Shown piece by piece: positions 34,400 through 40,289 of a DNA stretch of 40,289 nucleotides. This DNA comes from Geosiphon pyriformis uo1 (Eukaryota > Fungi > Glomeromycota): assembly GCA_016748015.1 (NCBI GenBank), contig JAAOMT010000518.1, positions 510,603 through 550,891 on the forward strand, written 5' to 3'. Below the pieces are notes generated by a model. That model had not been told where the DNA came from, ran no database searches, and was given only the letters and a program-made list of their open reading frames with translations. The translations under genes were made by a program, and so were the position numbers. Every line of letters starts with the position of its first letter. The stretch's first letter is position 1.

Positions 34400-37300
34400 G
34401 TGGCAACCACACCAGACGCAACAACTCTAGAGTATTACTAGTCAATTTACACCCACTGCAAGCAAAGATTTAACATTCTAGACGGAATTGAAGTTGTCAA
34501 GAAATCAGTATACCAATACATTGAAAACCACATCAACAATTATCTTTTTGGAAATTACAATATCTCAGAAGTTAGAAGCAACCTTTACAATAATTTAGCA
34601 CACTATTCACAGTTGGGAACTGAAGACCTTAACAGCGAAACACTTGCCACTTACTTTCACAAACTTAATTTTAACATTATCAAATACTGTGAAGAAACAT
34701 ATCCAGTACAGTCTCAATACTCTATTGATTTTGAATTGGAAACAGAAACAAGCAACAAAGGCAAAAACAAATTGAAGCAATACTCAAAAACCATCCCAAA
34801 TACTTCAACACTACCAAAAACAACTGCCAACCATTTACAAACACCTGAACAAGGAACCAGTTCAAAACTTTCACTTACTATCACACCTTTTCCAGCTTCA
34901 CTTGCATAAGCACAAACGCCTAATTCATCCTTGAATTGATTTACAAGACCAAAAGATTTTACATCACTCAGAAGTCCCATCAGACAACAAGAACCTCTTC
35001 AAACTAGTTCCAATCTCCTTGACTTTCTAGCTGAAAATCAAAGTGAACACTCTGAGACAGCAGTGAATAAAGAAAACGAACCTGAAATATTTGAAGAAGA
35101 ATCAATAGACAGTAAGAATGAAGAAAACAAAATGACAACATACATCGCAAAAATTCCTGAATTTAATAGAGAAGACATTGAGACCAGTTCCCAAGAATGG
35201 CTCAACCAAGTTACTAAAGCTGGAGATGCAAATAGATGGAATGCTGCCAGAATGTTAAAAACAATTCCCTACTTTCTCAAAGAAACAGCAGAAGAATGGT
35301 TTGAAAACTTGGCTGCCCCATTCAATGATTGGAACACTTTCAAAGCAGCCTTCCTTGAACAGTTCACCAACAATAACACCTTCATCACTCTTCGCAATCA
35401 TTTTTGAAATATCAAACAAGAACCCTCCGAATCCATTATAACTTATATTAGAAAATTCAACAAACTTCTCAGACGAATTCGCCAACTCGAGACAAACAAT
35501 TATTATTCTGATGCTCAAATCTTGGATCAATTTATCGCTGGTCTAAAAGATAAACTAATTAAAAAGGTTTGCTCACATGCGCCAGAAGATTTAAACTCTG
35601 TCATACAGCATGCGAAAAGATACAAAATGGTCATGGAAGAGGCCAACCACACAAAACTTGTAAATTTGGCAATTGGAGAAACCAGCTCAGCAGCTGAGGA
35701 AAAAATTGACCAACTCACAAAGAAGGTTGAAAACTATTTCACCAATCAACAACAACAGCAACCCCAAAGATATCAACCACCCCAAAGACAAAATCAAAAT
35801 AACTTTGCACCACTTTCTAATAACCAGCCTCAGAATTGTCATTACTGTGGAATCCCTGGCCACTGGAAAAGAGATTGCAGAAAGCTACAATGAGACCAAC
35901 AAAATAGGAGTAATCAACGTTACCCTCCATCACAGCAATCTTATTATCAACTGCCACCACCAGCTTACTATCCACCAAGACCCCAATACCAAAATAACTA
36001 TTATCAGCCTGCCCCACAGCCAATCTCACAGCAATACCAACAACTGCTCACACAACATTATCAAGTACCTGCTCGAAGACTGCTTACACAAAATCAATTC
36101 ACACCACAAAACCGATACCAAGCAAACAACAATAGAATCAGTTTAAACAACCAATTGGTTCTCCAAAATACCACTCAACCAAGACTCAACCACTACCACA
36201 CTCAACCCAGTTATTTAACAATGCTGGAAGAACAAGATTTTCACCATACTGCACTCTCGAAAGGTAGAGCTGCAGCACAACAACAAAATCCTTCCTATAC
36301 TCCCACCACAATTCCACTAGTCAGAATCGCTAAAAACACTAACCTTTCAGATATATTTCCTTTTGAGTTCAAAGCAAATGAGTTACCATTTCTGCTTAGC
36401 AATGCAGCTGCCAATGAACAAAAAGCAATCACGGCCATGTACACTGAAGCCGAAGTCGAAGGAAAGACAATTCACTTAATTCTAGACAGTGGATCTGCCA
36501 GAAGCATTATCACCTACCAGTTAATGCAACAGTTGAAAAAAAATGTTGACCGACCAGCTCAAACAGTAATCGTCACTGCCGATGGCATGAAAAAGACCCC
36601 AGTAGGAGAAATTGACAATTTTCCATTCACTCTTGATGGAATCACCATTCCAGTCAAAGTTCTTGTAATGGATGCACCTCAGTACTAAGCTCTCATCGGA
36701 AATGATTGGCTTCAAAAAGCCAATGCTAATCTGAATTGGAAAACACAAGAGTTAACAATCTCCTACTAAGAACAACATGCCTGGGTATCTGCCACTTGTA
36801 GTATATTCAACAAATGCTCTGAAAAAGCCCCAGCTTTTGAATTCGAACTGGAAGAGGAAAAACCCCTCATTGAAACATTCATGGCTCTTGGATCAATGTT
36901 CAACTGGGCCAATGAAACAGAACAAGAACATTTTACCCCACACTCTGAACCCAAAACCTCTGGATGGAATATCCTTTACTCAAAATCTGAACCAAGAAAA
37001 CAATGCCCCTATATTCCCCTTAAATGTAAGAACTGCCACAAAAAACTATCATCAATGGGAGCCTGTATTTCACCTGAAGAAGAATATGAAAATCATACTT
37101 TTTATTACTGCAAGGCTTGCCACAGAGAATGATGGGGCCATTTAATAAAAAGGAGCAGAAAATGAAACAACACCTCTTGTTTGACTTGTGGAGATATGCT
37201 ACCGGAAAAATGCAATTGGATTAATGTAGCCATGAGAGGAGGAGTTTGCAATCAGACCTGCCAATATGCTTTATCAATTTCAGAAAAAGTAAAAAGAGGA

Positions 37301-40018
37301 ACACCCTTTAATGCAGCATACAACAGTGCTCTCAACAAACTTTATCACTACCCCCATGATGCTGAGATGATTTTCAACCTAGCAATGGCATTAATTAATG
37401 AAGCTACCAAAGAAGATGTTCGTCAAATAAAGGAAGCAGAATATATTGAATACACTATAGAATTAGCTGGATTTGATTACGAAGATGAAGTAGAAGTCTA
37501 CCACCAAATTGCAAGTTACACCTACTCAATCCAAGAAGCTCAAATTCAACAATTAGAGCAAATGAACATTAGGCTATGTGAAGAATGCATTATGCCTTGC
37601 AATGAACAGTGGTGTTCTGAATGCTACGCTTTTAGTATCCCCTTGCCCAGCAAAAATGATGAGAACAAAATTGAATTTAGAGAACCTGAAGCAACAGAAG
37701 AAATTGAAACAACACCTATTTACCTTATCGAAAATCAGTCTGCCTTACAACTTAAATACTTCAACAACAACGGACACGAAATAAAACCCAAAAAAGCACA
37801 CAAAATTGATGCTGGATATGACTTAAGATATCCAGGCAAGGATACTCTTGTTCTCAAACCCAAATCTCTCACAAAAATCAACCTCAAAATTGCACTCGAA
37901 ATCCCGCCAGGAGCAATGGTTCAAATCACCTCCCGGTCCTCTCTGGCAAGCAAAGGAATCAATGTCAAAGGAGGAATAATCGATGCTGGATATACTGGAG
38001 ACATTACAGTAATGCTTCAAAATAAAATTGACAAACCATTCAAAATCGAACATGCTGAAAAAATTGCCCAAGCTATTTACCTACCCTTAATCAACATTTC
38101 AGGTTTGCAACTAGTCAATCAAAGAGAACAATTAGGAAAAAACAATAGAGGAACCCAAGGTTTTGGTTCAACTGGACAATTCACAGTTCCAGTTAATATA
38201 GCTCTTAACATACAGAACGAATCCCACCAGATTCTCAGACTTCCACAACCAATTACCATCTCACTCTTTGGAGTACATTCGGAAATCTACACCTGCCCAA
38301 AGCCAACAACCACACAACAAATTTTTGAGTCCAATGAACAAGTCTGCTTGGAACATAATATTTCAATCCCAAACATTTATATTCCAGAAGGAACAAAGAA
38401 AGTCCAAGTTACTTTTTACAATCCCAATAATTATTCCATAATTTTATTAAATAATTTAGAAATTGGAGTTATTCACAGTAATATATTTCAACAAGAATTA
38501 CCCCAAACAGTTCCCGATTTCTCTGAAATTATTGGACATTCACTACCAAAAATCAATCCAAATCCCAGCTCCGAAAACTATCATGTTGTCATAGAAAAAC
38601 TATCTCGAATCAACATGGGACAACTTGAACCACAACAACAAACCCAGCTCAAAGAGCTAATTGCAGAATTTGCCAATATCTTTACTAAAAACAACAATGA
38701 CTTAGGAAGAACCAATTTAGTCCAACACCAAATTTATACAGAAGATGCCAAACTAAGAAGACAACAAGCATATCAAGTTGCTCCAGAAAGCCACCAATTT
38801 ATCTGAAAAGAAGTACAATGAATGCTTAACAATGGGCTCATCCAACCCTCCATGAGTCCTTGGGCTTTATCTGTAGTGCTAGTTAAAAAGAAAAATGGAA
38901 AGATCTGATTTTGTGTTGACTATTGACAACTTAACAGTGTTACAATTGGAGACACCTACCCCCTTTCCCGGATTGATGACATGTTAGATGCCCTTGAAAA
39001 ATCTAAATACTTTTCAACACTAGATTTAGAAAGCAGTTATTGGCAAGTTGCTATGGATCCCAAAGATCGCCCCAAAACAGTATTCACCACCCAAGACAGA
39101 AATTACGAGTTCAATGTAATGTCTTTCGGATTATGCAATGCACCAGCAATGTTTCAGAGATTAATGGATGTTGTGTACCAAGGACTTCTTTGGAAGTCAG
39201 TAGTCGTTTATCTTGATGATACTGATGTTTATTTTCCATTATTTGAATTACACTTAAAACACCTGCGAGAAGTTTTTCAATGATTACAAAAAGCAGGACT
39301 AAAACTCAATATCAAAAAATGCTACTTTGGAAAAACAAGCCTAGTCTTCCTTGGTCATATTATTAGTAAAGATGGAATCAAACCAGACCCTGGAAAAATC
39401 AGCATTGTCAAAAACTTCAAAACTCCTCGAAACACTACAGAACTAAGAGGATTTATAGGATTAGCATCCTACTATCGGAAGTTTATCAAAGGATTCTCAG
39501 AAATTGCAAAACCCCTTAACCAGCTCACCACCAAAAACATTGAATACAAATGGACTACCGAACACCAAGAAGCTTTTGAAATTCTCAAGAAAAAACTGAC
39601 AACAGCTCCAATTCTCACCTACCCGAATTTCAGCAACCGATTTCGACTAGCTACAGATGCTTTGTATATTGCTTTTGGTGTCATCTTATCACAACTAGAT
39701 AACAACGGAAATGAGCGAGTAATTGCTTATGCTAGCAGAACATTAAAACCAGCTGAGAAAAACTACCCTGCCACAGAACTAGAAACAGCAGCCATAATTT
39801 GGGCCCTACACCACTTCAACCTTTATCTCAGGCCTAAAAAATTCGATATTATCACTGATAATATTGGACTCAAATGGCTTCAGAACAAAAATACTCAGCT
39901 GAATGCAAAACAAATCCAATGGACAAGATTTCTAGCAAACTATCGATACATAGTACATCACAAACCAGAAAAACTCCACACCAATGTTGACTGTCTCTTT
40001 AGAATAAGACAAGATTAG
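34400..40018 (+). pseudogene. Gag-Pol polyprotein of C, 1873 codons in one frame (N-extension, Gag from ATG 35132, CCHC, PR, Cys-rich module, dUTPase, RT, RNase H)
   Basis: ORF pieces starting at 34613, 35063, 35522, 36155, 36881, 37181, 38981 and 39662 share one frame. Motifs: CHYCGIPGHWKRDC, LILDSGSA, VVVYLDD, ATDA and NYPATELE. Confidence 0.95.
37751..38177 (+). pseudogene. dUTPase domain of element C (uninterrupted)
   Basis: All five motifs: DAGYDL, SRSSL, GIIDAGYTG, KIAQ and RGTQGFGSTG. Confidence 0.95.
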
Positions 40019-40070
40019 AAAAACACAAAAACCAACACTCAACTTAACCAACCAAAAGAGCCAACAAACA

Positions 40071-40289
40071 ATGAATTCGGAAAACTACAATGATCTCAAA
40101 CAATATTTGGAAACATTAACAATTCCAACAGATCGGTCTCCAAATGAAAAACATCGACTACAACAACAAGCCAAACAATATTTTCTACACAACAACATTA
40201 TTTATCATCAAAATTTCAAAAACCCAGACAAACCACTCAGATTAATACAAGAACAGAAAAAAGAGACTATATTATACAACATGCACTCA
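40071..40289 (+). CDS. Start of the integrase ORF of C (partial)
   Basis: AAACA-ATG MNSENYNDLKQYLET...YNMHS matches the IN N-termini of A and B; it is out of frame with RNase H. Confidence 0.85.
   Translation, partial: MNSENYNDLKQYLETLTIPTDRSPNEKHRLQQQAKQYFLHNNIIYHQNFKNPDKPLRLIQEQKKETILYNMHS

Larger units (their letters stand above)
33376..40289 (+). mobile_element. Gypsy element C (same family as A), runs off the window
   Basis: LTR, PBS, single-frame Gag-Pol and the start of IN. Confidence 0.95.

Noticed and set aside
37181-38806. 541-aa ORF as a stand-alone host dUTPase gene
   Set aside because: It is an in-frame fragment of the C polyprotein between two premature stops.
36437-39600. 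Caulimovirid/badnavirus-like endogenous virus (Cys-rich region, PR, dUTPase, RT)
   Set aside because: LTRs, PBS, PPT, TSDs and a DDE integrase show an LTR retrotransposon, and no movement protein is present.

Overview
This AT-rich eukaryotic window contains no host genes; it is entirely a nest of decayed retroelements. It looks fungal, and from memory it resembles Glomeromycotina repeats, but that is unverified. It holds five Ty3/Gypsy-type LTR elements. A (-, 1-7601 plus 17631-18071) is split by B (+, 7602-17626, complete, 4-bp TSD ACAT). D (-, 18072-20261) is interrupted by A. E (+, 20262-~25996) is heavily decayed and carries a solo LTR. C (+, 33376 to the window end) is the same family as A. 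Two RNase H-bearing LINE copies lie tail-to-tail: F (+, decayed) and G (-, near full length, interrupted by C). Nesting order: B in A in D in E; solo LTR and F in E; C in G. The main discovery candidate is a shared, retrovirus-like architecture in these Gypsy elements. (1) An AUG-free leader and a conserved GUG open a ~240-290 aa in-frame extension before the Gag AUG. (2) One frame runs Gag-PR-[~210 aa Cys-rich module]-dUTPase-[degenerate dUTPase-like domain]-RT-RNase H and then stops. (3) Integrase is a separate ORF with its own AUG behind a CAA-rich spacer. (4) An unknown ORF3 occupies the env position. U5 also carries anti-PBS hairpins. All copies are damaged almost only by C>T/G>A transitions. 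All alignments and counts were done by eye.
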